Source: an uncultured Deferribacteres bacterium
GTDB taxonomy: Bacteria; Zhuqueibacterota; Zhuqueibacteria; Zhuqueibacterales; Geothermadaptataceae
Reading direction: 5' to 3'
DNA length: 58,246 nt
Assembly: GCA_964014485.1 (NCBI GenBank)
Contig: CAXHAT010000018.1
Coordinates: forward strand, 1 to 58,246
In this document: in pieces, positions 37,175-46,597 of the stretch
Numbering within the stretch: position 1 is the stretch's first letter
How the letters are laid out: each line of letters starts with the position of its first letter
Notes under the pieces: generated by a model
Database searches by the model: none
Told to the model about the DNA's origin: nothing
What the model saw: only the letters and a program-made list of their open reading frames with translations
Made by a program: the position numbers and the translations under genes

Positions 37175-38578
37175 TTAAAAGGCGGGAGGTTCTGCAGGGA
37201 ATTGCATGTCTTCATGCTGCATTTCGAGGTTCTCAAATCGAACGAAACGTTTTTGAAACAGCAAATTGACATTTCCAATCGGCCCGTTTCTTTGCTTGCC
37301 AATAATAATTTCAGCAAGACCTTCATGCTCTGCCGGCCCGTAGAAATCTTCACGAAAAACAAACATCACGACGTCAGCGTCCTGTTCAATCGCGCCGGAT
37401 TCACGCAAATCGGAAAGCATCGGACGTTTGTCCGTGCGAGATTCGACTGCGCGCGAAAGCTGAGAAAGTGCAATAACCGGCACATTCAACTCTTTCGCCA
37501 GAGCCTTCAGAGACTGCGAAATCATTGAAATTTCTTGCTGACGGCTCTCATTTCGCGGGCCGTGAAGCAATTGCAAATAGTCAACAATGATCAGCCCGAC
37601 GTCATGCTCGGCTTTTAATCTTCTTGCTTTCGCCCTCAACTCCAAAATGCTGATCCCCGGCGTATCGTCAATAAAAACCGGCGCGCTGTGCAAACGACCG
37701 GCGGCGTCCGCGAGCCGCGTCCATTTGTCAGGCTCGAGAGAGCCGGTTCTCACCTTCTGCGCATCAACGCGCGCCTCAGAGCACAACAAACGCAGCGCCA
37801 ACTGATAACTCGCCATTTCAAGGCTAAAAATCGCCACGCCGACGCCAAACAAAACAGCCGCATTCCCGCCAATATTTAAACAAAAAGCCGTTTTTCCCAT
37901 CGAAGGGCGTCCGGCAATAATGATCAAATCGGAAGGTTGAAAGCCGGAAGTGAGCTCGTCCAATTTCTTGAAGCCGGACGGAACGCCGGTGAGCGCGCCT
38001 TTTTTGTGGTGCGAATGATATTTTTCAATCGTCTCGAAGGTTTCCTTGATAATGGAGCCAATGCCGCGAAAACCTTTGCGCAGTCCCCTTTCGGAAAGTG
38101 CAAAAATCTTCTGCTCCGCCGTATCGATAAGCTCAGACGCTTTTTCGGAAGATTCGTAGGCGAGTCCGCTAATTTCAGTCGAAATATTGATCAATCGCCG
38201 AAGGAGGGATTTTTCAAGTACGATTCGGGCGTGATACTCGACGTTTGCCGCGGAAGGGATATTGTTCGAAAGCTGCGTTAAAAAATAATTGCCCCCAATC
38301 TCTTCCAGCTTTTTCTCTTTCTGTAACGCATCGCCAACCGTCAAAATATCTATGGGTTCGGTCTTGGCAAAAAGTTCTTGCATAACCCGAAAAATTTCCC
38401 GGTGCGCCCCTTTATAAAAATCGTCCGACTGCAGAATCTCCAACGCCTTACCCACGGCTTCTGGCGCAATCAACATGCTGCCAAGAACCGCTTTCTCCGC
38501 AGTATTGTCCTGCGGCGGCATCCGGTCGAGAACCGGCTCGTCTTGAATGGGGACGTTCTTTTCTTGTTTCTTTGCCAT
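37175..38578 (-). CDS. dnaB: replicative DNA helicase
   Basis: AGRPSMGKT, FSLEM, VDYLQL, SQLSR, SDLRESGAIEQDAD, KQRNGP; no intein. Confidence 0.97.
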   Translation of the reverse strand: MAKKQEKNVPIQDEPVLDRMPPQDNTAEKAVLGSMLIAPEAVGKALEILQSDDFYKGAHREIFRVMQELFAKTEPIDILTVGDALQKEKKLEEIGGNYFLTQLSNNIPSAANVEYHARIVLEKSLLRRLINISTEISGLAYESSEKASELIDTAEQKIFALSERGLRKGFRGIGSIIKETFETIEKYHSHHKKGALTGVPSGFKKLDELTSGFQPSDLIIIAGRPSMGKTAFCLNIGGNAAVLFGVGVAIFSLEMASYQLALRLLCSEARVDAQKVRTGSLEPDKWTRLADAAGRLHSAPVFIDDTPGISILELRAKARRLKAEHDVGLIIVDYLQLLHGPRNESRQQEISMISQSLKALAKELNVPVIALSQLSRAVESRTDKRPMLSDLRESGAIEQDADVVMFVFREDFYGPAEHEGLAEIIIGKQRNGPIGNVNLLFQKRFVRFENLEMQHEDMQFPAEPPAF

Positions 38579-38580
38579 TC

Positions 38581-39354
38581 TTAAACCATCGGCGGCTTAT
38601 CGCCGATTTTCTGATCGTAATCCTTGCGGAATTTTTTCATGTCTTCGAAGACTTGCCAAAACAGCGATTGCTGTCTCAAAAGCGCCGCCGGGTGGTAAGT
38701 GACGAATGTTGTTATGCCCTCATAAACATAATTTTTTGTGCGTAACGAGGCCAAACTTCCTTCAAGCCCAAGAAGATATTTCGCGGCAATTTTTCCAAGA
38801 CAAAAAATATATAGCGGTTGGATCAAGGCAATTTGTTTTTGCAAATGCGGCAGACACTCAGCGGCTTCTTCCGGCTCAGGATTGCGATTTTGCGGCGGGC
38901 GACATTTAACAATGTTCGCGATAAAAACTTCGTTGCGCGCGAATCCCATTTTTTTGAGCATCCGATCCAGGACTTGTCCCGCAGCGCCGACGAAAGGCTT
39001 GCCTTGCAAATCTTCCTCGCGCCCAGGTCCTTCTCCGATAAACATCACTCTTGCCTGCGGGTTTCCTGTCCCGAAGACAAAATTTTTACGCGACTTGGCA
39101 AGAGCGCATTTTTCACAATTTTTTATCGAATGAAAAAACTCAACCAACGACGCGGTTTGGTTTTTGATCGGCGCGCTTGCTTCTCTTGCTTTTGTAGAAA
39201 GCGGTTTAATGACCGGTACGGCGGCGCCTGGTTGCGGCTGGGCGCTCAAGGCCGAAGTATCCACACCAAGCAATAAATTCTCTGCGCCGTAAACTTCCGC
39301 TTGTTGTTGCAGAAACGCGATGGTTTTTGCTTTCAGAGCGTCAAATTCGTCCAT
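38581..39354 (-). CDS. uracil-DNA glycosylase family 4 (Fe-S)
   Basis: CxxC, GEGPG.EED.QG.PFVG, N.VKCRPP.NR.P, TYHPAALL. Confidence 0.93.
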   Translation of the reverse strand: MDEFDALKAKTIAFLQQQAEVYGAENLLLGVDTSALSAQPQPGAAVPVIKPLSTKAREASAPIKNQTASLVEFFHSIKNCEKCALAKSRKNFVFGTGNPQARVMFIGEGPGREEDLQGKPFVGAAGQVLDRMLKKMGFARNEVFIANIVKCRPPQNRNPEPEEAAECLPHLQKQIALIQPLYIFCLGKIAAKYLLGLEGSLASLRTKNYVYEGITTFVTYHPAALLRQQSLFWQVFEDMKKFRKDYDQKIGDKPPMV

Positions 39355-39356
39355 GC

Positions 39357-40571
39357 TTAGGCTGCGGTTTTGGAGCTTCGCAATTTCGCGACGCGGTTCA
39401 AAATATCCAACGCTACCAAACGTTTGTCTTTCACTGGAAAATTTTCTTTTGCGCCGTCGGCAAAAAGAAATTGTACTTTGTTCGTTTGCGCTGCGAAACC
39501 GGCGTTTGGCGTTTTGGGATTGTTCAGCACAATCAAATCGAGTTTCTTTGCACGCAGTTTTTTAGTGGCGTTGGCCGTCTCGTTACTCGTTTCCAAGGCA
39601 AATCCAACATGAATCGCCGTTTTCTTGCGGTTCGCAACTGAACGAAGAATGTCTGGATTCTTTGTCAACCTCACGCCAAGCTCTTCCCCGCCCTTTTTGA
39701 TTTTTTGCTCCGAAGTCGTTTCCGGGCGAAAATCACTAACGGCGGCAGACATAATCAAGACTCCGTCATCGGGATAATTTTGCTCGACAGCTTCCAGCAT
39801 CTCAAGGGCCGTTACAACGGGAATATGCTCCACAAATTCCGGCGGACTCAATGACGATGGCCCGCTAATCAACGTCACGTTCGCCCCTGCGGCAACCGCC
39901 ATTTCTGCGATTGCAAAACCCATTTTTCCAGTCGACCGGTTGGTTAACATGCGCACGGGATCAAAATATTCTTCAGTCCGGCCTGCGGAAACGACGACAT
40001 TTACGCCAGCCAAATCGTTCGTTGCGAATTGCGCTCTTACGACGGCGGCAATCAGCTTTTCAGTCTCGATCAACCGGCCCATGCCGTCCTTTTCCAAATC
40101 CGTCGCCAGTTGCCCGGACGCAGGCCCGGAAAAAAAGAAGCTCCGCCGTTTCAGCGTTTCGATGTTTTCGACGGTCGCATGATTCTCCCACATTTTTGTG
40201 TTCATGGCGGGAGCGATAACTATCGGCTTTTCTGAGGCGAGCACGGTGGAAGAAACGATATCGTCCGCGAATCCGTGCGCAAACCGGGCTATTGTATTCG
40301 CCGTCGCCGGAGCGATGATCACAACGTCCGGCCAGTCGGCCAGAGAAATGTGCTCAATCTGGCTGCGATTCGCATCAAACATTTCCGTAGCGACCGCGTT
40401 GCCGGACAATGTTTGCAATGTGATCGGCGTAATAAAATTCTGTGCGTTTCGGGTTATCATCACGCGAACGTCAGCCCCTTCGCGCTTGAGGTCGCGGATC
40501 AACTCGCACGACTTATAAGCCGCGATTCCGCCGGTGACCCCGACAAGCACATTTACGCCGGAAAGGATCAT
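39357..40571 (-). CDS. coaBC: phosphopantothenoylcysteine decarboxylase/synthetase
   Basis: GGIAAYK, APATAN, PAMN, NRSTGKMG, AAVSDF, GFALE. Confidence 0.96.
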   Translation of the reverse strand: MILSGVNVLVGVTGGIAAYKSCELIRDLKREGADVRVMITRNAQNFITPITLQTLSGNAVATEMFDANRSQIEHISLADWPDVVIIAPATANTIARFAHGFADDIVSSTVLASEKPIVIAPAMNTKMWENHATVENIETLKRRSFFFSGPASGQLATDLEKDGMGRLIETEKLIAAVVRAQFATNDLAGVNVVVSAGRTEEYFDPVRMLTNRSTGKMGFAIAEMAVAAGANVTLISGPSSLSPPEFVEHIPVVTALEMLEAVEQNYPDDGVLIMSAAVSDFRPETTSEQKIKKGGEELGVRLTKNPDILRSVANRKKTAIHVGFALETSNETANATKKLRAKKLDLIVLNNPKTPNAGFAAQTNKVQFLFADGAKENFPVKDKRLVALDILNRVAKLRSSKTAA

Positions 40572-40574
40572 TTT

Positions 40575-40856
40575 CTACTCATCTTCTTCGGCTTCGACAT
40601 ACTCGCCGATGAGGTCGCCGTCGGTAAACTCGGCCATGGCGATAGCGGAAGGCTTGGGCAAGTTGGCCATTTTTTCTTCAAAACCGGCCTTTTCAAAATC
40701 GTCGTCAAAGTCGCCCATGTCGTCAAACGTTTCCTGCTCCAGCATTTCACGTTGTTCCATGTTGATCTGCCGCGCGCGTCGCGCAATGATCACGACGGCG
40801 TCATAGACAGTGCCTGCAGATTCCCGGACTTTTTCCAAATCAACGGTTGTAATCAT
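40575..40856 (-). CDS. rpoZ: RNA polymerase omega subunit
   Basis: VYDAVVIIARRARQIN...LPKPS.IA..EF; located between gmk and coaBC. Confidence 0.85.
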   Translation of the reverse strand: MITTVDLEKVRESAGTVYDAVVIIARRARQINMEQREMLEQETFDDMGDFDDDFEKAGFEEKMANLPKPSAIAMAEFTDGDLIGEYVEAEEDE

Positions 40857-40867
40857 TTTCTACTCCT

Positions 40868-41449
40868 TCAATTTTGTATTTTTTCATGGTATTGATTGAC
40901 TATTTCAACAACTTCTCGCGTCGCCTTTTCAAGATCATCATTAACGACGGACTGATCATACGAGTCGGCGTGTCCGAGTTCAAAATCGATTGCCGATAAT
41001 CTCTTTTCTATCTGGGCGTCGGTCTCCGTCTTGCGCCCGCGAAGGCGCTCTTCCAAAATTTCTCGACTAGGCGGCTGAATAAAAATCAACAAAGCGTCAT
41101 CGCCGCACTTTTCTTTAATCTGCAAACCGCCCTGTACGTCTATATCCAAAAAAACAATTTTCCCGGCGTCGATAAGCTTTTGAACTTGGGCCTCAAGCGT
41201 GCCGTAATACTTGCCGTGCACTACCGCCCACTCGAGAAATTCACCGTTTTCGATTTTTTCTTGAAAATCTTCCCAGGCGAGAAAAAAATAATCTTTCCCG
41301 TCAAGCTCGCCGGTGCGCGGCTCCCGCGTCGTCGCCGAAATGGAATAAACAAATCGCGCATCGTTGCACGCAAAAACGCCTTTCAAAACGCTCGTCTTTC
41401 CGCCGCCGGAAGGTGCGGAAATCACAGCCAAAAATCCTTTCTTTCCCAC
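40868..41449 (-). CDS. gmk: guanylate kinase
   Basis: SAPSGGGKT, SATTR.PR.GE.DG.DY.F, YYGT, DIDVQG. Confidence 0.96.
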   Translation of the reverse strand: MGKKGFLAVISAPSGGGKTSVLKGVFACNDARFVYSISATTREPRTGELDGKDYFFLAWEDFQEKIENGEFLEWAVVHGKYYGTLEAQVQKLIDAGKIVFLDIDVQGGLQIKEKCGDDALLIFIQPPSREILEERLRGRKTETDAQIEKRLSAIDFELGHADSYDQSVVNDDLEKATREVVEIVNQYHEKIQN

Positions 41450-41458
41450 GTTGTCAAC

Positions 41459-42337
41459 TCACTCGATGTTCTGGATTTGCTCTCTTAGTTTTTCAACTTC
41501 TTCTTTGATTTCTACGACTATGTGCGCGATTTCGGCGTCATTCGCCTTTGCGCCAATCGTATTCGCCTCCCGGTTCATTTCCTGAAGTAAAAAATTCAGC
41601 TTTCGACCGGCAGGCTTGGGCGAAACGACGGCTTCCAAGAACAGGGTATTGTGACTCTTGAATCGAATACATTCCTCGGTCACGTCGAGGCGATCTGCAA
41701 GTATCGCGACCTCCATCTCCAGCCGGCCTTCGTCCAAATCATTGCTCTGCAGCAACTTGTCAATACGCTCATACAGTTTTTTCGCATCCGCTTCGGACCG
41801 GTTCTCCGTTTTCTCCTCAATAGCGGCAATTTTTTCAGTGAGCAATTGAATCCGATGTTCCAAATCCTTGCGAACTTCTTCGCCCTCTCTTTTGCGCATT
41901 CTGTTCAGAGCGTCCAGCGCCGAAGAAAGCGCGGTTTTGATTGCGCTCCAGGCTTCGTCGGGAAGCGTTGAGGTTTCGCTTTGCTTAAAAATATCCGGGA
42001 ACATCAAAAGATGGCTTAAGTCGATCGGTGCAGATGCGCCCGAAATTGTACGCAACGATTCGAGCAGTTCCGTATACCCCTTGGCTTTTTTTTCATCCAA
42101 TACTTGACCGGTGTTCTCGCCCAAATCTCCCTGAAGCATCAAGTTCACCGTCACCCGCCCTCTGGTCAGACGACTTTTTATCAAATCCCGTAGTTCGTGT
42201 TCGCCGCTTTCGGCGATCTTGGGCAGTTTCATCGCCACGTCGAGAAAGCGGTGATTGACTGATTTGATTTCTACGGTTGCTTCGAACGTTTCAAAATCGG
42301 CCACGCCCTTGCCGTAACCGGTCATACTAATGATCAT
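41459..42337 (-). CDS. yicC: YicC/YloC family endoribonuclease
   Basis: SMTGYG, SVNHRFLD, GRKLNFLLQEMNREANTIGAK, REQIQNIE. Confidence 0.95.
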   Translation of the reverse strand: MIISMTGYGKGVADFETFEATVEIKSVNHRFLDVAMKLPKIAESGEHELRDLIKSRLTRGRVTVNLMLQGDLGENTGQVLDEKKAKGYTELLESLRTISGASAPIDLSHLLMFPDIFKQSETSTLPDEAWSAIKTALSSALDALNRMRKREGEEVRKDLEHRIQLLTEKIAAIEEKTENRSEADAKKLYERIDKLLQSNDLDEGRLEMEVAILADRLDVTEECIRFKSHNTLFLEAVVSPKPAGRKLNFLLQEMNREANTIGAKANDAEIAHIVVEIKEEVEKLREQIQNIE

Positions 42338-42528
42338 AAAAATGACGTCCTGATGATTGATGCGTGCGGCGGCGCGGCTTGAAGAACCGGCCTTTTTGCT
42401 GGAGGTTTCTGTATTCCACGCCTCAGTTACAGCGCATCAAATTTTGAGACGAAGATACAGAATGCAACGAGATCAATGCTCCGAAACTCTCGTCTGCCGT
42501 TATGAAATGTCTTCAATAAAGATCGCGG

Positions 42529-42557
42529 ATTATAGCAATAATATCCTGAAGAGTCAA
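42529..42557 (-). promoter_or_regulatory. sigma70 promoter for the yicC-gmk-rpoZ-coaBC operon
   Basis: TTGACT-17 bp-TATAAT with extended -10 TG. Confidence 0.75.
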
Positions 42558-42668
42558 ACAAAAATTTCGACAAAATGCGAGCTTAACTTGTTGAAAAACA
42601 AGGAACAAGTTTAGGCAAAAACGCAACTTTTAGGCGAGAGATGATGCAAACCGAATTCGTAGAGCCAT

Positions 42669-42863
42669 CTACCTGACACTTTTTTGTAAGCTGCATTTTC
42701 GAGACGTCGACAGGCCCCGTTTTGTTATTCAGAAGGAATCTTTGTTATCGCCCAATACAGATCACGCTCAAAAGTTCAAGGGTTGGATCAAATAGATCCT
42801 TCCAGCATGACAAATCCGGCCTTTTCGCCAGCTTTAGAAGCCTATACAAAAAGTGTCGGGTAG
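42669..42863 (+). ncRNA. rod-like structured element (candidate 6S-like ncRNA or decayed palindromic mobile element)
   Basis: Six nested collinear helices over ~195 nt, including a 19-bp closing stem; non-canonical pairs are G-U when read on the + strand. Confidence 0.35.
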
Positions 42864-42895
42864 TGAACTCAGAGTCATCAGGCGCCGCGTCTCTA

Positions 42896-43930
42896 CTATT
42901 TTCTGCGGTATTTAGGCTCTGAAATGGTGAGATGAACGGAAATTCGGTGGGTGTCGCCGAGATCGGAGTGGCTCATGAACGCATAATCTACCTGTAACTT
43001 GGGCAGATGCAAACCAGCGCCGGCGGAAAAGTACCCTGCATCTGAACCGGCGCGCAGAGCGATTTTTTCTTGCAAGACATACTCTAACCCGGCGTGATAA
43101 TCGAGACTTGCGGGCCCGGCTGCAAATTCGGCGGCAAAGTCGCGACCTTCAAAACGAATGTCCGCATCGACGGCGGGCATGAGCACGCCTTTCAAAAATT
43201 CGGCTTTTAACGGCAAAGCAGCGCCAATTTTTAGCGTTGGAACAATCAATTCCTTGCGACCTGTATTCCACGCCAAAATCGTCGTTGTTACGTCCTGAAA
43301 ATTCGCTCCGACCAAAAGTTTGTCGCCGACTTTTCCCTGCGCGCCAATGTCAAACCCGATTCCCCACGCGCTCACATCGTGAAAAGCCTTATGGACGATT
43401 TTCACAGAGCCGCCGTAGGAAAAGTTTTCCGATTTACGCTTACCGTAGCTCAAGAAAAAACCATATTCCGCGTCTGAAAAATACTCGGCGGCAAAAGGGC
43501 TGTTTATACGCGTGACGCCGTCTTCTTCATACGCTTCTCCCAGCGCCAAATCCGAGCGCGGCAACAGCGTGAATGGGATGTCGTCCACGCCAAGACGAAT
43601 GACGCCCAAACCGAGGGTCGCGTTTTTGCCATAGGGCAATGCAACAGCGCCAAAATTGAATTTGACAATGCCGGAAAAACGCTGCGCGTGCATGAACAAA
43701 GCTTCGGGATATTCAAGCGCTGACAATCCTGCCGCATTCCAGTAAACCGCGCTCACGTCGTTCGCAAACGCCGCCGAAGTTCCGCCCATGCCCAAAGCGC
43801 GCGCGCCTGCGCCGGTGCTCAAAAATTCGCCAGCGTATTTTGCCGTTGTCAAAGATTGCGCAAAAACGCCGAGCGCCAGGAACGCCTGCACGACAAAAGC
43901 GAAAATTGTCAAAGTTCTTTTAAATTGCAT
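42896..43930 (-). CDS. PorV/PorQ (UPF0164) family outer membrane protein
   Basis: GEFLSTGAGARALGMGG...DVSAVYWNAAGL...VDYAF...LGDTHRIS. Confidence 0.85.
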   Translation of the reverse strand: MQFKRTLTIFAFVVQAFLALGVFAQSLTTAKYAGEFLSTGAGARALGMGGTSAAFANDVSAVYWNAAGLSALEYPEALFMHAQRFSGIVKFNFGAVALPYGKNATLGLGVIRLGVDDIPFTLLPRSDLALGEAYEEDGVTRINSPFAAEYFSDAEYGFFLSYGKRKSENFSYGGSVKIVHKAFHDVSAWGIGFDIGAQGKVGDKLLVGANFQDVTTTILAWNTGRKELIVPTLKIGAALPLKAEFLKGVLMPAVDADIRFEGRDFAAEFAAGPASLDYHAGLEYVLQEKIALRAGSDAGYFSAGAGLHLPKLQVDYAFMSHSDLGDTHRISVHLTISEPKYRRK

Positions 43931-43971
43931 TTGGGGAGACCTCTATGTTTCGCGGCGGCGCGAGACACATT

Positions 43972-46593
43972 CTATTTTTCAGCAAATTTCTCTTTCATTT
44001 CAGCAAGCTTAAGCAACGCCTGCATCGGCGTTAAATTGTTAAGATCGATCCTTTTAATGTCTTCGACAAGCTCTTTTTTCTCCTGCGCAAAAAAGTCGAG
44101 CTGGTTTCGGTCGTCCTTGGTTTTGGACTTTCTCTTCAACGCAATTTTCGGTTTGTGGTTCGGCGTCAGTGCATTTTGCTCCAAATTAGACAAAATTTCG
44201 CGTGCGCGATAAATCACCGGAGACGGCAGACCGGCCAATTTCGCGACCTGAATTCCGTAAGAATGATCCGCGCCGCCTTCGACAATCTTGCGCAAAAAAA
44301 TGATCTGATCGCCCCACTCTTTCACCGCAATATTGTAATTCTTGACGCGCGGCAAAATCATCTCGAGTTCGGTCAGTTCATGGTAATGCGTTGCAAACAT
44401 CGTTTTTGCGGCGACGCGATCATTTTCATGCAAATATTCTACGACTGACCATGCAATAGACAGCCCGTCGAATGTGCTGGTGCCGCGTCCAATTTCGTCG
44501 AGCAAAATCAACGATTTTTGCGTGGCATTGTTGAGAATGTTCGCCGTTTCGTTCATCTCCACGAGAAACGTACTCTCGCCCGCCGCCAAATTATCCGAAG
44601 CGCCGACGCGCGTGAAAATTTTATCGACAACGCCAATGGTTGCGGATTTGGCCGGTACAAATGAGCCGATCTGCGCCATCAAAACGATGAGTGCAACCTG
44701 GCGCAAGTAGGTCGATTTTCCAGCCATGTTCGGGCCGGTGATAATTTGAACCTGCGAATCGTCCATGCCGATTTGCGTGTCGTTGGCGACGAATTTTTCG
44801 CCGAAAGGCAGTAATTTCTCAATCACCGGGTGCCGCCCTTCGACGATTTCAAGGAGATTCGAATCGTTCAGGCTCGGTCGGCAGTATTTGTTTTCATCGG
44901 CGAGGCGAGCAAAATTGAGCAAACAATCCAGTGCCGCGATCATCCTGGCGTTGGTTTGAATTTTCAAGCTTTCGGTGGCCACATGCTGGCGAATCGTCTG
45001 GAAAAGTTCATACTCCAATGCGATGATCTTCTCTTCAGCATCGAGAATTTGCTCTTCGTATTCTTTCAATTCCGGCGTGATAAAGCGCTCGGCGTTAACC
45101 AACGTTTGCTTGCGAATGTAATGCTCCGGCACTCTGGGCAAGTTGGGTTTTGTGACCTCAATGTAGTAGCCAAAAACCTTGTTGTAATTCACTTTTAGCG
45201 AGGGGATGCCGGTCTTTTCGCGCTCGGATTTTTGGAGTTGAAGAATCCAGTCTTTGCCGGAAAATTTAATTTCGCGCAAGCGGTCCAATTCTTCATGAAA
45301 GCCTCTTCGGATCACTCCGCCGTCCGTGATTGCCAACGGCGGGTTTTCTTCAATGGCTTGCCGAACTTCTTCAGAAATTGTTGGCAGTGGATCGAGTGAC
45401 GAATGAATTTCCGCTAAGTATTTTGCTTCCCGGCTCGAAAGCTCGGTTTTGACCCGATCTATTTTTTCCAGCGAAGCCGCTAAGGCGTTCAAGTCTCGCG
45501 CGTTGGCACGTTGCGTCGTTACTTTCGTATTGAGACGTTCGACGTCGCCAATGCGGCTCAGGCTTTCCGCAAAGTTCGCGATGCTTCCTCGATCTTGCAA
45601 AAGCTCTTCGACGGCGTCGAGGCGTTTTGTAATCTCCTGAACATTTATCAGCGGGCGAAGCAGCCAATTTCTGAGCAATCGCGCGCCCATCGGCGTCAAA
45701 GTTTGATCGAGCACGGAGACCAGAGCGCCGCGTTTATCGCCGCTCAGAGAATAGGCAAGTTCAAGATTACGCTGCGTCGCCTTGTCCAAGCCGACAAAAT
45801 GATTTTCTTGATCGCGATAAAGCGTGCTGAGATGTTCCAGGTGAGATTGTTGGTTTTCCTGGAGGTAATGCAAGATCGCTCCAGCCGCTGAAACGCCGCC
45901 GGACATGTCTTCACAGCCAAAACCCTTCAAAGTAAGCGTCTGGAAATGCCGGGTCAATTTTTCGTAAGCGTAGTCGCGGTTGAAAACCCAGCTTTCCACG
46001 GGGCTCAGGACGCAGCCGTCCGGGAGAACGCCGTCGCTCCTGAGTAATTCTTGTTGTTCATCTGAAATAAGGATTTCCGCCGGGCGAACCAGCGTCAAGT
46101 AATCATTAAAACGCCCTCGCGGGATTTCGCTGGTGCGGAACTCGCCGGTTGAGACGTCGACGGTGGCCATTCCAACGTCATTGCCCTCAAAAAAAACCGC
46201 CGAGAGATAATTGTTCTGCCTGCTGTCCAAAAGCTCGTCGGCAAGCGCCGTTCCCGGAGTGACGATTTCCGTGACAGCGCGTTTGACGATCGTCTTCGCC
46301 TTTTTGGGATCTTCAACTTGTTCGCAAATCGCGACGCGGTAGCCCGCCTTGATCATTTTTGCGAGATAGTTGTCCAGGCTGTGGTAGGGAAATCCGGCCA
46401 GCGGCACAGCGCCCGCCTTGCCGGAAGAACGCGAAGTTAACGTAATGCCGAGCACTTCCGCCGCGGTTTTCGCGTCTTCGTAAAACATCTCGTAAAAGTC
46501 GCCCATGCGAAAAAACAGAATCGAACCTTGATTTTGCCCTTTGATTTCAAGGTACTGTTTCATCAACGGCGTTGTCTGATCTTTTCCGGCCAT
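43972..46593 (-). CDS. mutS: DNA mismatch repair protein MutS
   Basis: TPLMKQY, FRMGDFYE, TGPNMAGKST, DEIGRGTST, SYGI.VA. Confidence 0.97.
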   Translation of the reverse strand: MAGKDQTTPLMKQYLEIKGQNQGSILFFRMGDFYEMFYEDAKTAAEVLGITLTSRSSGKAGAVPLAGFPYHSLDNYLAKMIKAGYRVAICEQVEDPKKAKTIVKRAVTEIVTPGTALADELLDSRQNNYLSAVFFEGNDVGMATVDVSTGEFRTSEIPRGRFNDYLTLVRPAEILISDEQQELLRSDGVLPDGCVLSPVESWVFNRDYAYEKLTRHFQTLTLKGFGCEDMSGGVSAAGAILHYLQENQQSHLEHLSTLYRDQENHFVGLDKATQRNLELAYSLSGDKRGALVSVLDQTLTPMGARLLRNWLLRPLINVQEITKRLDAVEELLQDRGSIANFAESLSRIGDVERLNTKVTTQRANARDLNALAASLEKIDRVKTELSSREAKYLAEIHSSLDPLPTISEEVRQAIEENPPLAITDGGVIRRGFHEELDRLREIKFSGKDWILQLQKSEREKTGIPSLKVNYNKVFGYYIEVTKPNLPRVPEHYIRKQTLVNAERFITPELKEYEEQILDAEEKIIALEYELFQTIRQHVATESLKIQTNARMIAALDCLLNFARLADENKYCRPSLNDSNLLEIVEGRHPVIEKLLPFGEKFVANDTQIGMDDSQVQIITGPNMAGKSTYLRQVALIVLMAQIGSFVPAKSATIGVVDKIFTRVGASDNLAAGESTFLVEMNETANILNNATQKSLILLDEIGRGTSTFDGLSIAWSVVEYLHENDRVAAKTMFATHYHELTELEMILPRVKNYNIAVKEWGDQIIFLRKIVEGGADHSYGIQVAKLAGLPSPVIYRAREILSNLEQNALTPNHKPKIALKRKSKTKDDRNQLDFFAQEKKELVEDIKRIDLNNLTPMQALLKLAEMKEKFAEK

Positions 46594-46597
46594 ATTT

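Noticed and set aside
36671..37528. 285-aa plus-strand ORF
   Set aside because: Antisense to rel and dnaB; typical shadow of conserved genes.
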